From Malacoraja senta (Eukaryota): a stretch of DNA of 64,000 nt. Shown in pieces: positions 23,956 to 34,639 of the stretch (the stretch's first letter is position 1; every line of letters starts with the position of its first letter). The stretch is from positions 374,001-438,000 of the forward strand of contig CM075992.1 in NCBI GenBank assembly GCA_038087875.1, given 5' to 3'. The translations under genes were made by a program, and so were the position numbers. Below the pieces are notes generated by a model that had not been told where the DNA came from, made no database searches, and saw only the letters and a list, made by a program, of their open reading frames with translations.

Positions 23956-24921
23956 GTAAGTCCAGAGGGGCCGCACCGCCCCTCTCCCACGTTGGCTCCC
24001 GGGTTTGGGCTCCAGGTAGCCCCCGGCCGGAACCCCGGTGTCCCCGCTCCAGCCCGGCCGCGCCCTCGGACCAGGACTTCCCTCAGACCAGATCCAGATC
24101 CAGGTCCAGGGTCAGGGGCAGCAGAGCCGTCAGCATCTCAAGAAGGGTCTCGACCCGAAACCTCACCCATTCCTTCTCTCCACAGATGCTGCCAGCATTT
24201 TGAGTCTATCTTCTGTGGTCTGTATCTGCTACGGCTTAAAGGCAGCTCGGATTGAGCGTGGTGAAAAATGTATTTTACTGAGCCCAATTTAACATTGTTT
24301 TTTCATCTGGGGGGGGGGGGGGGGTATAAATCATGAACTGGGTGACTCTGCAGTTTGCTGCGTTGAATATCTACTCTTTGTGTGGGATGGATCAGTACTG
24401 GTGGGCAAGGGTGGAATTGGAGGGCCAAAGAGCCTGGTTCCATGTTTTGTGACTCCATGTGCAGACATGTGATCTTCCTCCTGCCTGGATCTCTGGGCTG
24501 GAGATGGTTGGACCATTGCCCCCTCACGTGGAGGAAGTATTGGGGTCTTGCTCCTTGAGGCAGGAAATGGGGGGGGGTCTGAACCCCACCCTGAGCACAA
24601 GAATGTAGATAATGGGAGCTGGAGAGCAAAATGGTGGCATGAGATAGCTTGGACAGAGAATATTAATAAAATACAAAGAGATTTTATAAGTAAGTTAATG
24701 AATGAATTAATTAAAACTTTATTGTCACAGTGATATTCTTTGTTTAGCAAACCCATTAATGCAAGGAGTCGCTACATAAAGAGCAGCGACTAAGTTCCAG
24801 GGAAAACGAGTAACTTGGGAGAGACATCAAGCCCCACCAGTGACCATTGTGGTCATCTATGTGTGGAGCCACAGGAGATGGACCTTGTTCCTAAATTCTC
24901 ATTTGGCTTTGATCTAAAAAC

Positions 24922-25765
24922 AGGAGAATGTTGCCAGGACTAGAGGGTGTGAGCTATCGGCAAAGGTTGAGTAGGCTGGGACTCTATTCTTGGAGTGCTG
25001 GAGGATGAGGGGTGATCTTATACAGGTGTGTAAGATCATGAGAAGAATAGATCGGGTAGATGCACAGAATCTCTTGCCCAGAGTAGATGAATCGAGGACC
25101 AGAGGGCATAGGTTTAGGGTGAGAGGGGAAAAGATTTAATAGGAATCTGAGGGGTAACTTTTTCACACAGACTGGGTGGTGGGTGTATGGAACAAGCTGC
25201 CAGAGGAGGTAGTTGAGACTGGGACTATCCCAATGTTTAAGAAACAATTAGACAGGTACATGGAGAGGACAGGTTTAGAGGGATATGGACCAAACGAGGG
25301 CAAGTGGGACGAGTGTAGCTGGGACATGTTGGCTGGTGTAGGCAAGTTGGGCCGAAGGGCCTGTTTCCACACTGTATCACTCTGGGACCAGTGTAGATGG
25401 GACATGTAGGCCAGTGTGGGCAAGTTGGGCTGAAGGGCCTGTTTCCACACTGTATCACTCTATGACTAGTGTAGCTGGGACATGTTGGCGGTGGTAAGTT
25501 GGGCCAAAAGGCCTGTTTCCACGCTGTATCACTCTGTGACTAGTGTAGATGGGACATGTTGGCTAGTTGGGCCAAAGGGCCTGTTTCCAAACTATCACTC
25601 TATGACTAGTGTAGCTGGGACATGTGGGCCAGTATGGGCAAGTCGGGCCAAAGGGCCTGTTTCCAAACTGTATCACTCTATGACTAGTGTAGCTGGGACA
25701 TGTGTGCCAGTATGGGCAAGTTGGGCCGAAGGGCCTGTTTCCACGCTGTATCACTCTATGACTAA
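24922..25765 (+). mobile_element. CR1 3' fragment followed by a tandem array of its ~65-80-bp 3' end
   Basis: gtgtagctgggacatg...gggccgaagggcctgtttccacactgtatcactctatgacta repeated about six times at 25310-25765. Confidence 0.85.
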
Positions 25766-26378
25766 TTTTGTACCAGAGACATTTCCAAGTCTGCCCTCTG
25801 CATATCCCACAATGCATTTGGGCAGACAGTCGCTTCAGCTTTGAAATAAATAATTAGTAAAATTATTATAATTATAAAAATCAATCTGTAGGTGTTGGAG
25901 TGATACAGTGTGGAAACAGGCCCTTCGGCCCAACTAGCCCACACTGGCCAACATGTCCCAGCTACACTAGTCATAGAGTGATACAGTGTGGAAACAGGCC
26001 CTTCGGCCATCATGCCCCATCTGCGTCTTGGACCAGAAGTCGCAGCCTCAGAATAAAAGGGCATATCTTTAGTAAGTAGATGAGGAGGAATTTCTTCAGT
26101 CAGAAGGTGATGAATCTGTAGAATTCATTGCCACAGAAGGGCGTGGATAATTTTAGGGTGTAGATTGATAGATTCTTGATTAATGTGGGTATCAGGGGTT
26201 GAGGGGAGAAGGCAGGAGAATGGGGGTTGAGAGGAAAAGGCTGATCAGCCATGATCGAATGGTGGAGTAGACTCAATGGGCTGAATGGCCTAATTCTGCA
26301 CCTATAACCCCCCCCTGAGTAAGAGAGAGTGTGGAGGCACTAACACCCATCTCCTTGTCTTGCATCAACCTGGGACAG

Positions 26379-26535
26379 CTGCTCATCTGTCGGAATTACA
26401 AGGGGGATGTGAACATGTCGGAGATTGAGCACTTCATCCCCATCCTGACACAGAGAGAAGATGAAGGAGATATCTCTCCACTTCTGACTCACGGCAAAGT
26501 CCACTTCCTGTGGATCAAACACAGCAACCTCTACT
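26379..26535 (+). CDS. ap1m2: ap1m2 exon 2
   Basis: cag| acceptor; LLICRNYKGDVNMSEIEHFIPILTQREDEGDISPLLTHGKVHFLWIKHSNLY; 157 nt; followed by GTATCCTTT (U12 donor). Confidence 0.95.
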
Positions 26536-26659
26536 GTATCCTTTTAATGCGGCCATTTACACCAGAGCATCGCTTCGCCACGCAATGCACAACATCACTG
26601 CAATGTTCTTGGACGCGTTTAGCACCGTGGTTAAGTCTTTGTTTTTAGTTTTTTAAAGT

Positions 26660-27160
26660 TTAGTTCAGAGATACAGCATGGATACAAGGCCTTCAGCCCA
26701 CCGAGTCTGCACCGACCAGCGATCGATCACCACACACTAACACTATCCTGCGCGCGCGCACGCACACACATACACACACACTCACACACTCACACTCACA
26801 CTCACTCACTCTAGGGACAATTTTATATTCATACGAAACCAATTAACCTACAAACCTGCACGTCTTTGGAGTGTGGGAGGAAACCGGAGATTTCTGAGAG
26901 AATCGACGGATCGAAGGTACAAACTCCATACAGACAGCACCAGTAGTCAGGATTGAAAACGTGTCTTTGGCGATTCTTCTTCTTCTTGCGTATGGCGTGC
27001 ACAGCCTAAAGTTGTAGGTCAACTTGTTCTATTTGATCTTGTTTGTGCACGTCGGGTTGATTGCATTAGTCGAAACAGGGTGGACCATGTGAAGGTTGCA
27101 ATCTCCCACCCGTCTCTGGCGCTGTGAGGCAGCAACTCTACCGCTGCGCCACCGTGCCAC
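26660..27160 (-). mobile_element. V-SINE interrupted by a ~140-bp retro-insert with (GAA)n tail at ~26973-27110
   Basis: SINE halves flank ttcttcttcttctt...; imperfect duplication gtctttggcg/gtctctggcg. Confidence 0.75.
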
Positions 27161-27229
27161 TCACTGTTTGTTGACCAATTACCTGTAAAGATTCAATAAA
27201 GGCAGAACCTTGGAACATCGGGGTGGGAG

Positions 27230-27890
27230 GGGGGAGATGCAGGTGCATTGTTCCATGAAAATGGCAATGTAGGTGGACAGGGTAGTGAAGATATTTGGTC
27301 CGTTTGCCTTCATTGGTCAGTGCATTGAGTACTGGAGTTGGGAAGCCATGTTACAGATGAGGCCACGTTTGGAGTCCTGAGCGCAGTTCTGGTCGCCCTT
27401 GCTGCAGGAAGTGGTGCAAACCACTGGAAATGGTGCAAGAGCTATTTGCGAGATTTAATCTGGAACTAGAGGGTTTGAGTTATAAAGAGAGGCTGGATAG
27501 ACTGGGACTTTCTTCCTGGAACTTGGAGTGGCCTAAGTGGGATAAAATCACGAGAGTCATAGATAAAGTGAATAGCACCTTCCTTATCTACTCCCAGGGT
27601 AGGGGAGTCTAGAATTAGTGCAAAGGTTTAAGGTGAGAGCAAAGGGATTTAATAGGAACCTGAGGGACAATGTATTCACACAGAGGGTGGTGCGTATATG
27701 GAACATGTTGCCAGAGAGAGTGGTAGAGGTGGGCTCAATTACAATGTTTAAAGCATTTGGAAAGGTTCATTACTAGAAAAAGTTTAGCAGGCCAGGCACA
27801 GGCAAGTGGGACCTGTGTTCAGCAAATTTGTTGGCATGGACAAGATGGGCCGAAGGGCCTGTTTCCATGCTGTACGATTCCATGACTCTG
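27230..27890 (+). mobile_element. Old CR1 3' fragment
   Basis: GLSYKERLDRLGL; CR1 3' UTR. Confidence 0.75.
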
Positions 27891-28127
27891 AAGCAGCAGT
27901 CTATCCGCTACACACGGTCGACAACTTCAGAGATGAGCTCAGTTTTCTCGGGACATTGAACCGGTGACTAACTTTCAACTGAACTGTCAGCCAAACTATC
28001 GAGGCAGAAGCAAGAAAACCAGAAGGAGTTTTACCACAGAGATAAGATGATCAATTCCACAGCATCAGAGAGTTTGTTCCTCGATGAACACAGTTGAATG
28101 ATTTTCTTTCCTTAACTCAGAATTCAG

Positions 28128-28195
28128 TGGTTGCAATGACCAAGAAAAATGCCAACGTCTCTCTTGTGTACGCTTTCCTGTATAAACTCGTTCAG
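28128..28195 (+). CDS. ap1m2: ap1m2 exon 3
   Basis: (L)VAMTKKNANVSLVYAFLYKLVQ; 68 nt; preceded by TTCCTTAAC branch site and AG; GTAAAA donor. Confidence 0.93.
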
Positions 28196-28586
28196 GTAAA
28201 AGTAAAACTTTGTTCTTTTTTAACTGTGATGCGTGGTTAGTCCCGTGCTCCTTCCACAAGTCTGGACACCTCACCCCAATCACTGCAAGCCCTGGACACC
28301 CCATCCCAATCCCCACACATAGAGAGAGACAGTGTCCCACTCTGATGAAAGAAATTCCTCCATCTCCTTCCTAAAGGAATGTCCTTTAATTCTGAGTGAC
28401 CTCTGGTCCTAGACTCTCCCACTAGTGGAAACATCTTTTCCACATCCACCTGTGTCCAGCCCTTTCACTATTGAGGTAGGCTGGTCGTGGGAATGTGCAG
28501 TGTAGCGGTTGTGTACACAGTGGAACATCGTGGGGTGCTGTTTGTTCACTCGATCCCCGGAGCCTCACGCCTACCTTCCCCTCCAG

Positions 28587-28719
28587 GTCTTCACCGAATA
28601 CTTCAAGGAGCTGGAGGAGGAGAGCATCAGGGACAAACTTTGTCATCGTCTATGAGCCTGCTGGATGAAGTGATGGACTTTGGCTTCCCACAGACGACCG
28701 ACAGTAAAATCCTGCAGGA
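28587..28719 (+). CDS. ap1m2: ap1m2 exon 4 (two apparent 1-bp insertions)
   Basis: VFTEYFKELEEESIRD..FVIVYE..LDEVMDFGFPQTTDSKILQE; 133 nt versus 131 expected; extra A in gacaaac and extra C in gagcctg. Confidence 0.9.
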
Positions 28720-28839
28720 GTGAGTAGAGCGGGCAGTGTGGAGCGGGCTGGTCACTGGCCCGACACCGGGTACACGCGGGGCACACACGGGATACACATC
28801 ACACACGGGTCACAAACCACACATGGAAAAAAACACACG

Positions 28840-29130
28840 CGTGTGGCGGTCAGTGGGGTGGCCGGAGCCATTGTGCGGTCAGTGGGGTGGCCGGAGCCAT
28901 GTGCGGTCAGTGGGTCTGGCTGGAGCCCTGTGCAGTCATTGGGGTGGCCGGAGCCGTGTGCGGCCAGTGGGGTGGCCGGATCCCTGTGCGGTCAGTGGGG
29001 ATGGCCGGAGCCGTGTGCGGTCAGTGGAGTCTGGCTGGAGCTGTGTGTGGTCAGTGGGAGTGGCCGGAGCCCTGTGCAGTCAGTGGGGTGGCCGGAGCCC
29101 TGTGCGGTCAGTGGGTCTGGCTGGAGCTGA
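28840..29130. repeat. GC-rich ~28-33-bp minisatellite in ap1m2 intron 4
   Basis: (GTGCGGTCAGTGGGGTGGCCGGAGCCCT)n variants. Confidence 0.9.
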
Positions 29131-29146
29131 CATGCCATCCCCACAG

Positions 29147-29299
29147 GTACATCACGCAGCAGAGCCAGAAGCTGGAGATTGCCGCCCCTCTCGGCCCGCT
29201 CGGCCACTGTCACCAACGCCGTGTCCTGGCGGTCAGAGGGCATCAAGTACCAAGAAGAACGAGGTCTTCATTGACGTCATCGAAGGGGTCAACGTGTTG
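29147..29299 (+). CDS. ap1m2: ap1m2 exon 5 (frameshifted as assembled)
   Basis: YITQQSQKLEI...TVTNAVSWRSEGIKY/KKNEVFIDVIEGVNVL spread over different frames; 153 nt versus 148 expected; cag| acceptor, GTGAGT donor. Confidence 0.9.
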
Positions 29300-29773
29300 G
29301 TGAGTTGGGGGTGGGAGGGGAGGTGGTGACAAATTACGTTGGGGGGGCTGGCGGGTGACGATCACGTTGGGGGGTTCACCCGTGGGGGGACTCGTGGTGG
29401 TGAGGGGGGTCTCCTGGTGGGTGAGGGGGGTGATAATGGCGGTGGGGGGCCGAGCGTGGGTGGTGGTTTGAGGGGAGGGGTTTTGCTGCCTTGGGGGAGG
29501 GGCTGTACCTTGGCAGGGGGCTGTTGCAAGGTCTGGGGGGGAGGGGCAGGGGTCCGGAGGGGAGGGGGGGGGGCTGGGTTGGAAGTGGTGCCCAAGGATT
29601 GGGGGAGTGATTGTGGGGCTGGTTGGCTGGGCCATTGTGGGGTTGGTGTTGTGAGGGGGACAGCTGGGCATGGAGTGACCCACCCACACCTCTGCTGACC
29701 ACTCCCACTCTACTAACCCTAACCCTAATGCCATTGTCCAGTGGGTCAGCTCATTCCTCCTGTCCACTCACAG

Positions 29774-29903
29774 GTCAGCGCCAATGGGAACGTGCTGCAG
29801 AGTGAGATCGTGGGCAGTGTCAAGCTGAGGAGTCTTCCTGTCCGAGGATGCCCCGAGCTCCGTCTCGGCCTCAACGACAAGGTCCTCTTCGAACTGACCG
29901 GCA
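29774..29903 (+). CDS. ap1m2: ap1m2 exon 6 (three extra bases)
   Basis: VSANGNVLQSEIVGSVKLR..[VFLSGMP scrambled]..ELRLGLNDKVLFELTG; 130 nt versus 127 expected; phase-1 donor needed to join exon 7. Confidence 0.88.
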
Positions 29904-30439
29904 GTGTAAGTAGCGGCCGCGACCCCACTGGTCAAGCACAGTCTGCCCAGTACCCCTGTCCACTGACCCACATCACACCCCACGGACACTGAAACCGTCC
30001 AGTCTTCCTGCTCCATCTGGACAATTGTCTCCGTCAGAAATCTCGTGAAAGTTATATTTAAAATAATCAAAATGAAAACAGATTTTAAAGAGAATTTCTC
30101 TCTTTGGCCCCATAGTTTTTGAAATATCTTCCATGAGAATGTTTTCTCAGAGATTTTTGTAACTTCTATGATGTGCTGCCAAAGTGTTGATCATCTATTA
30201 AGGCCATGGATTGTTTAAAAAGGGGGGTACAGTACCTCGTGTAACCAGCAGGTCATATCTTCACGTCTCTCGTTTCCCTCTCCCCTGACTTTCAGTCTGA
30301 AAAAGGGTCTCGCCTGAAACGTCACCTATTCCTTCTCTCCAGAGATGCTGCCCCCCCCCCGTCCCCCCTCCCCCCGCTGAGTTACTCCAGTTAATGTCTA
30401 TCTCCAACATCCGACCTGCATAAGGTCAGTTAGGAAGGA

Positions 30440-31003
30440 CATAGGAAGGGACATTATAGCCATAGAGGAGTGCCAGAGAAGGTTCACCAGACTGATTCCT
30501 GGGATGTCAGGACTTTCATATGAAAGAAAGACTGGATAGACTCGGCTTATACTCGCTAGAAATTTAGGAGATTGAGAGCGGGGATCCTTATAGAAACGTA
30601 CAAAATTCTTATGGCGTTGGACAGGCTAGATGCAGGAAGATTGTTCCCGATGTTGGGAGAAGTCCAGGACAAGGGGTCACAGCTTAAGGATAAGGGGGAA
30701 AATCCTTTAAGACCGATGATGAGGAAAAAACTTTTTCACACAGAGAGTGGTGAATCTCTCTGGAAATTCTCTGCCACAGAGGGTAGGTTGCGGCCAGTTC
30801 ATTGGCTGTATTTAAGAGGGAGTTAGATGTGGGCCCTTGTGGCTAAAGGGATCAGGGGGTATGGAGAGAAGGCAGGTACGGGATACTGAGTTGGATGATC
30901 AGCCATGATCATATTGAATGGCGGTGTGCAAGCTCTCGAAGGGCCCGAATGGCCTACTCCTGCACCCTATTCTTTCTATGTATCTATGTATCTATGTATC
31001 TAT
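30440..31003 (+). mobile_element. Young-subfamily CR1 3' fragment with many 1-bp insertions
   Basis: Collinear with 60640-61167; (CTATGTAT)n tail. Confidence 0.9.
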
Positions 31004-31306
31004 AATCAGCCATGCTGTAACTGTCCATAACAGTGCAGCTTGATGCCACGCCTTTGAGCAAAGTACTGCACTAGTTCAATTTAGTGGAGAGTGGACACTA
31101 CCAAAGAGTAATCTTAGTGAGGACTTAGAGAGAAGAGCAGAGAGAAAATTGTTATCCCCAATTGGAGCAGAAATCCCAACTTTGAAACTGCAGGAGGTGC
31201 TGCCTTGTAGGGATTAGTTTAGGAATTGCGAAAGTCTCATCCCCAGATCTGATCCTGTTATCAGGATACGTCGTTCAACAACAGCTCGAGTTTTGTTTTA
31301 ATCCAG

Positions 31307-31449
31307 GAAGTAAAAATAAATCGGTGGAACTGGAGGATGTGAAGTTCCACCAGTGCGTGAGACTCTCGCGGTTTGAAAACGACAGAACCATCTCCTTCAT
31401 CCCGCCAGACGGCGACTTTGAGCTCATGTCTTACCGCCTCAACATCCAT
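31307..31449 (+). CDS. ap1m2: ap1m2 exon 7
   Basis: (R)[47 protein letters not shown]; 143 nt; AG/GTGAGT boundaries. Confidence 0.95.
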
Positions 31450-31731
31450 GTGAGTAAAGGACGTCTGGGGGGACGTTTCACTGTTTTGTTTTCAGAAATG
31501 TTTCCGGAGGAGAAGCACAAGAATCCCCGGAGCAGTGCAGGGTCTTTGTGCCAACACCTGCTCTCCTGGTCCACACCAATGTTAATGAGGCGCAAGGAAA
31601 ATGCATCGAAACCTAGACCTAACAATTCCTTACAACCTAATGGTAGGAACATTGAATTGTACAATTGTAGGTAACCTCTAACAACCACCCCTTGTCCAGT
31701 ACAGTGGGATGGGCCAGGATTAAGTTACTGA

Positions 31732-31944
31732 AGGGCCTGTCCCACTTGGCGATTTTTTTCGGCGACTGCCGGCATCATTGACTGACGTATCAGGTCATTG
31801 AAAAATTTGTGGCGTGATGACGTATGACGCGCGTTTTTTTTTCGTGTCCAACTTTTTTTTATCGCCGCTGGATTTTGAAATGTTCAAAATCTTTTGGCGA
31901 CCTTGATATGACGCCGTCAGTCGCTGAAAAAATCGCCAAGGCCC
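31732..31944. mobile_element. Short Harbinger-like MITE (same TIR family as 6895-8284)
   Basis: AGGGCCTGTCCCACTTGGCGATTTTTT...AAAAAATCGCCAAG-GCCC. Confidence 0.65.
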
Positions 31945-32202
31945 ATGAGAAGATAAACAAGACAAGGCTGTGTTTGTGATACAGTGTGGAAGCAAGACCT
32001 TCGGCCCAAGTTGCCCACAACGGCCAACATGCCCCAGCTACACTAGTCCCACCGCCCTAACCCTAACCTCTAAACCTGTCCTATCCATGTAGATGTCTAA
32101 ATGTCTAAAATGCAACTGACAATGCAGCAACCTTCCCAGCATCAGTAAGTGGCCCAGATGTTGTGAAATTGCAGAAGTTTGAAAGTATTCTCTTGTTTTC
32201 AG

Positions 32203-32274
32203 GTGAAGCCTCTGATTTGGATTGAATCGGTGATTGAGAAATTCTCACACAGCCGTGTTGAATACATGATCAAG
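32203..32274 (+). CDS. ap1m2: ap1m2 exon 8
   Basis: VKPLIWIESVIEKFSHSRVEYMIK; 72 nt; ttttcag|...|gtcagt. Confidence 0.95.
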
Positions 32275-32542
32275 GTCAGTCCCACTGTGGGAACAGAAGG
32301 CTCCATTTCTCCTCTCTGCTCCTTGTACCTTTGAAGGGACCGTCGTTAATTTAGCTCTGAGTCCTCTGTTGTCATGTTCATCCCCAGCTAGAGGCCACTC
32401 GTGCTGTTCTCAAACTCTTTGCTTCTATCCCACCAGTGGGAACATCCTCCTGGTGGGGCTCTCCAGTACGGGCGGGCATGGGGATGGGGGAGGTTCGTGG
32501 TGGTGGGGCAGGAGTTAACGAGCAGTGTTCCTTGTCCAAAAG

Positions 32543-32701
32543 GCCAAGAGCCAGTTCAAGAAGCAGTCGGTGGCCAACAACGTGGAGATCATCATCCCGG
32601 TGCCCAGCGACGCCGACTCTCCCAAGTTCAAGACCAGCGTGGGCAGTGCCAAGTGGGTGCCGGAAAACAACACGGTGGTGTGGACCATCAAATCCCTGCC
32701 A
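32543..32701 (+). CDS. ap1m2: ap1m2 exon 9
   Basis: AKSQFKKQSVANNVEIIIPVPSDADSPKFKTSVGSAKWVPENNTVVWTIKSLP; 159 nt; GTGAGT donor. Confidence 0.95.
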
Positions 32702-33254
32702 GTGAGTGCCAGCTCTTTGTTCCTTTGCTGCAGGTTGAACAGGTCCCGGTGGGGATGGCAAACCTCCTCCGCTGGTGGTCACAGGCTGTGTTGCTGAGGG
32801 GTGGAGGGTGCATGATGGAGCGGTGACACTTGCACGGTTGTATTGAGGATGTCCTCTTGTCCCTTGTCCATGCATGTGAAATATCCCAGAGCGTTGTCCA
32901 CCACAGATACAGGGAGTTCAAGTTCAAGTTGCATTTATTGTCACATCCATCAATTGGTACAGTGAGATTTGAGTTAAACGTACAGCCATACAAATAAAAT
33001 AACACAATACACAATAGGATTTGACATGAACACCCCCACACAGCGGAATCAACGTTTCCCACTGTGAGGGAAGGCAATAAAGTTCAGTCATCATCCTCTT
33101 TGTTCCCCGTGGTCGGGGCCTTTGAGCCCTCCGCAGTCGCCTCTACGGCAGCCCGATGTTCAGGCCCTCTCGCCGGGATGATCGGAACTCCGATGTCGGA
33201 ACGGAAGAACGTGCTCGCGGCTTGGAGCTTCCGAATCAGCCACTTCTTAGTCTA

Positions 33255-33466
33255 GTTCAGAGATACAGCATGGAAACGGGCCCTTCGGCCCACCGAGTCC
33301 GGACCGACCAGCGATCCCCGTACACTAACACAATCCCACACACACTAGGGCTAATTTTACATTTATACCAAGCCAATTAACTTACAGACCTGCACGTCTT
33401 TGGAGTGTGGGAGGAAAACCGAAGATCTCGGAGAAAAACCCACGCGGTCACGGGGAGGACGTGCAA
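33255..33466 (-). mobile_element. V-SINE 3' part, cut by the gap
   Basis: Same family as 21980-22280. Confidence 0.8.
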
Positions 33467-33666
33467 NNNNNNNNNNNNNNNNNNNNNNNNNNNNNNNNNN
33501 NNNNNNNNNNNNNNNNNNNNNNNNNNNNNNNNNNNNNNNNNNNNNNNNNNNNNNNNNNNNNNNNNNNNNNNNNNNNNNNNNNNNNNNNNNNNNNNNNNNN
33601 NNNNNNNNNNNNNNNNNNNNNNNNNNNNNNNNNNNNNNNNNNNNNNNNNNNNNNNNNNNNNNNNNN
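33467..33666. other. Assembly gap (200 N)
   Basis: Run of exactly 200 N, typical of a fixed-size scaffolding gap. Confidence 0.99.
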
Positions 33667-34639
33667 CGTTCAGTTTCATTTACAGATGTATTGGTCTACT
33701 TCCAGATCCAATCACCGTCTCTAACTTTTCACAGGGATGGATTCAGTCAGTGTAGACTGAGCTCCCCTCTCCCCTCCACCCCCTCTTCCCCCTCCCGGCC
33801 CATCCCTCCTTCTCCACTACCCAATACCCTTCTCCCCTCCCCTCCCCCCCTTCTTCCCTTCCCCCCTCTTCTCCCCGCTCCACTCTTCTCCCTTCTCCAC
33901 TCCCAACCCTTCCCCTCACATCCCCTCCTCCCCCTCTCCCTCCCTTCTCCCATTCTCCAAACCCCCCACTTTCCCCGATGCCTCCCATTTGTGGACCCAG
34001 CCTGCGACCAACGAATACCCGCACACGATCCCACACGCTAGGGACAATTTATACAAATCCTAACCTTAACACTAACCTTAACACTAACACAAACCCTAAC
34101 ACTAACCGTAACACTAACTCTAACTCTAACCCTAACTCTAACCCTAGGTTGATAGGCTTGGTGTAAGTATAAGTTGTCCCGAGCGTGTGTGGGAGAGTGT
34201 GCACGGGATTGCTGGTTGATGCGGACTCAGTGGGCTGAAGGGCAATGTATCTCTGAATGTGACACAGTGGCCTCAAACTCAAACCCCCAATGTTCTGCCT
34301 GCTCCTCATGGGAACTAAACTGTTGGCCGCGAGTAGTCCCAGAGGGCAGATCCCTCTTCCAATGGTCTCTACAAACACCCAGAGGCAGCGGGCTTTCCCT
34401 GTGAAAAGTTAGAGACGGTGATTGGATCTAGAAGCAGACCAATACATCCGTAAATAAAACTGAACGACTCAGACATATTTTAATTTGCACAATTGATTTT
34501 ATTGTATTCATTTTAATATATTCATGTTTAAAATCCATGCATTGAAGGAAGAATATTTTACAACCCATCTGTGGTCCTTAACCCTAACCTTAACCGGGAG
34601 TCACCCGCAGGACATCATACGTCAGTGTGTGACAGGGCA

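Larger units (their letters stand above)
26536..28127 (+). other. U12-type (minor spliceosome) GT-AG intron 2 of ap1m2
   Basis: 5' site GTATCCTTT; branch site TTCCTTAAC at 28108-28116, 11 nt before the intron end; no polypyrimidine tract between branch site and AG. Confidence 0.92.
23914..32701 (+). other. ap1m2: AP-1 complex subunit mu gene span (exons 1-9 only; 3' exons missing from window)
   Basis: Nine exons join into MSASAVFILDLKGK-LLICRNYKGDV...HFLWIKHSNLY...KKNEVFIDVIE...KSQFKKQSVANNVE...KTSVGSAKW. FILD, NYKGD, HFLWIKHSNLY, FIDVIE, FKKQSVAN and DGDFEL match mu1B (AP1M2) better than mu1A as I recall those proteins. Exon sizes match the vertebrate AP1M layout. Confidence 0.9.

Noticed and set aside
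23869..24255. 128-aa ORF as a single-exon protein or N-terminal extension
   Set aside because: Only MSASAVFILDLKGK is homologous; the rest is UTR and intron read-through past a GTAAGT donor
23914..32701. ap1m2 as a pseudogene
   Set aside because: Lesions are confined to a 2.5-kb zone where a neighbouring CR1 has the same insertion bias, and the other exons and splice sites are intact. Not fully excluded without reads.
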